Shown here: positions 62,255 through 64,000 of the stretch, one piece after another
Layout of the letters: each line of letters opens with the position of its first letter
How positions within the stretch are numbered: the first letter of the stretch is position 1
Source of the DNA: Aplysia californica
Taxonomy: Eukaryota
Assembly: GCF_000002075.1 (NCBI RefSeq)
Contig: NW_004797322.1
Coordinates: 102,386 to 166,385 of the forward strand
Direction: 5' to 3'
Length of the DNA stretch: 64,000 nucleotides
Notes under the pieces: model-generated
The model's database searches: none
Told to the model about the DNA's origin: nothing
The model's input: only the letters and a program-made list of their open reading frames with translations
Position numbers and translations under genes: made by a program

Positions 62255-63915
62255 GGGTGTGGAATCAGCTTGTCAGGCTGCTCTCAAGAAAACAGAGGAG
62301 AATCAGACCCTTGGGCGTGACTGCCTGGACGCTTACGCCAGATATTGTGAGTCTGCACCTGCAGCATACAGAGTCATCCGACACACTGCTGATTTGTTGA
62401 GACCACGTGGAGATGAAAAGTGTGGGTGCCGAGAGGAGTGGCTTGCCTTCTGTTCGAAAAAAGGCTTCAAATCTCCAATAACAAGTTTCAGGTGCAACAG
62501 ATTCAATAATGTATTTGAAAATGCTCTTGCCATTAGCATGCACAAAGATAAAATATTGTTGTTTTTTGAGCGCTACTGCACAACATCCAATTTAAAAATT
62601 AGGAGTGTCATCGCAGATCTCCAAGACTCAGATTTGATGGGACTGGTTGCAGTGTTGGCGTACTTGTCTATTGTGTTCACCACACCGTATTGGAAGTATA
62701 TGCAGAGTAACAAGTCCTATTCTACTTTCCCTGTTGTTGTACACATTTTTAGCCAGTTGTGATAATGTTGATACAGTTCAGGCCAGTGGTCTCAATTTTC
62801 TTCAAGAACAACTTTCTTCATCTGAAGTTGAAGCAATGAGTACGGTGGCTTCATCATTTGTAAATTCTACATCTGCTGCAGTGTTGTCGCCTATTGTGCA
62901 GGGTATTTTACAAACTACTCAGACTCAGTTGTCTGATTTCATGGAAGGAGGAAAGTACCACATCGATTCTCTGAGTCCAGAAGTTTCTTCATTGCTTAGC
63001 TGTTGTCCTTAAATTAATTTAATCGGTGAACATGCATTTGGAGACTTGGACTTTGACTTACACAGGAGCAGGCACAGTTCTCTTCATCACCGTTCGACCC
63101 TTCACATTGTGAAGCGAAATAAGACAATGGATTGGATTGCCAGCAAAGAGGAGGAGGAACAGAGAAGGCTGTTAACTGAGGCAAGAAAGGGAGGGGCACT
63201 ACTGAAGGCAAGGCACAAGAGGCAGGAAGAGATTTTCAAGCTTAAAATTAAAGAAAAGATCGAACTGAATGAAATGAAGAAAAAGAAGAAAGAGGCAGAA
63301 GAAGCAGAGAGAAAGAAAAATATTCTGGATAATATTATGAAAAATGGTTTGTGCAGGAGTAGTGGAGATGTGGAGAAATTAGTAAAAAAGAAGGGTGCAC
63401 TGTCAGCACTGCAAAACCAGCTAAAATACCACAAATATATAATTGGGGTTAAAGGTTTAAAAGTGACTGGCAACACAGAAGAACTGCTGTGTAGATTAAA
63501 GTCTTTCCTGCAAGATGGTTCTTGTAAAGATTTGGAGCCACCTCATAAAAGACGAAGGATTGAGGACTCAGAGGTGTCAGTGGAGGAGGATGAAGAGGAA
63601 TCTCCTCTGCAAGCTGAACCATTTAAGTTCAGTGTGCAAGGTCAGTGGGTCGCTGTGTTTTATGACCAGTCCTTTTACATCGGCCAAGTCACTGACGTCG
63701 AAAATGAGACTGAGGCAACAGTTAAATTTTTAGCACCAACAAAACTGCGCCAAGATGTGTTCAAGTGGCCGATGTGCGATGACATTGCCAATGTGTCAGC
63801 ACAATTTGTATTTCGGTGGGACTTGGATATGCTACCCATGGGCACAGACCTCCGGACTTGGCGTGCAGCGGATATTGAAGTCATCAGATCGGCATACATG
63901 TCACTGAAGGCTTAA
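62255..63915 (+). pseudogene. hAT-like (RNase H-fold) transposase 3' part with a C-terminal beta-barrel-like domain
   Basis: RCNRFNNVFENA, NLIGEHAFGDLD, KRNKTMDW, coiled-coil, ALQNQLKYHK, GQWVAVFYDQSFYIGQV..VKFL..FKWP..DD. Frameshift ~62760 and stop ~63010. Confidence 0.55.
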
Positions 63916-64000
63916 AAGGATGCTCACCAGGTCACCGTCGCCCAAGTGTGCATGATAACAAGGTCTGTACATTGTTTAAAGTCTTGTCTTTAAAAGTCCT

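Overview
Eukaryotic, probably invertebrate DNA (mollusc-like, judged only from the SINE and LINE types), with spliced genes and two N gaps. Left 26 kb: two convergent host genes. One is the 3' part of a biotinidase/vanin-family gene (+, ends 2157). The other is a complete 5-exon NGLY1 peptide:N-glycanase (-, 25938..14347, 653 aa by my splice model). Between them and in their introns are MITEs, SINEs, a Harbinger relic and a full-length DD34E Tc1 element. Right 38 kb: no host gene recognised. It is a dense mosaic of decayed DNA-transposon coding fragments (pogo/Tigger, P, Harbinger, three Sola2-type, piggyBac, Crypton-like, hAT-like), nearly all on the + strand, interrupted by I-group LINE and SINE copies on the - strand. 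The most notable object is a ~7 kb spliced Sola2-type transposase gene (36027..~42590) fused through a 7-aa repeat linker to a vertnin-like OTU protease domain. Its first intron holds an array of ~215-bp units with repeated hairpins, and the array is closed by a long-range inverted repeat. All family assignments come from motif recognition, not database searches.
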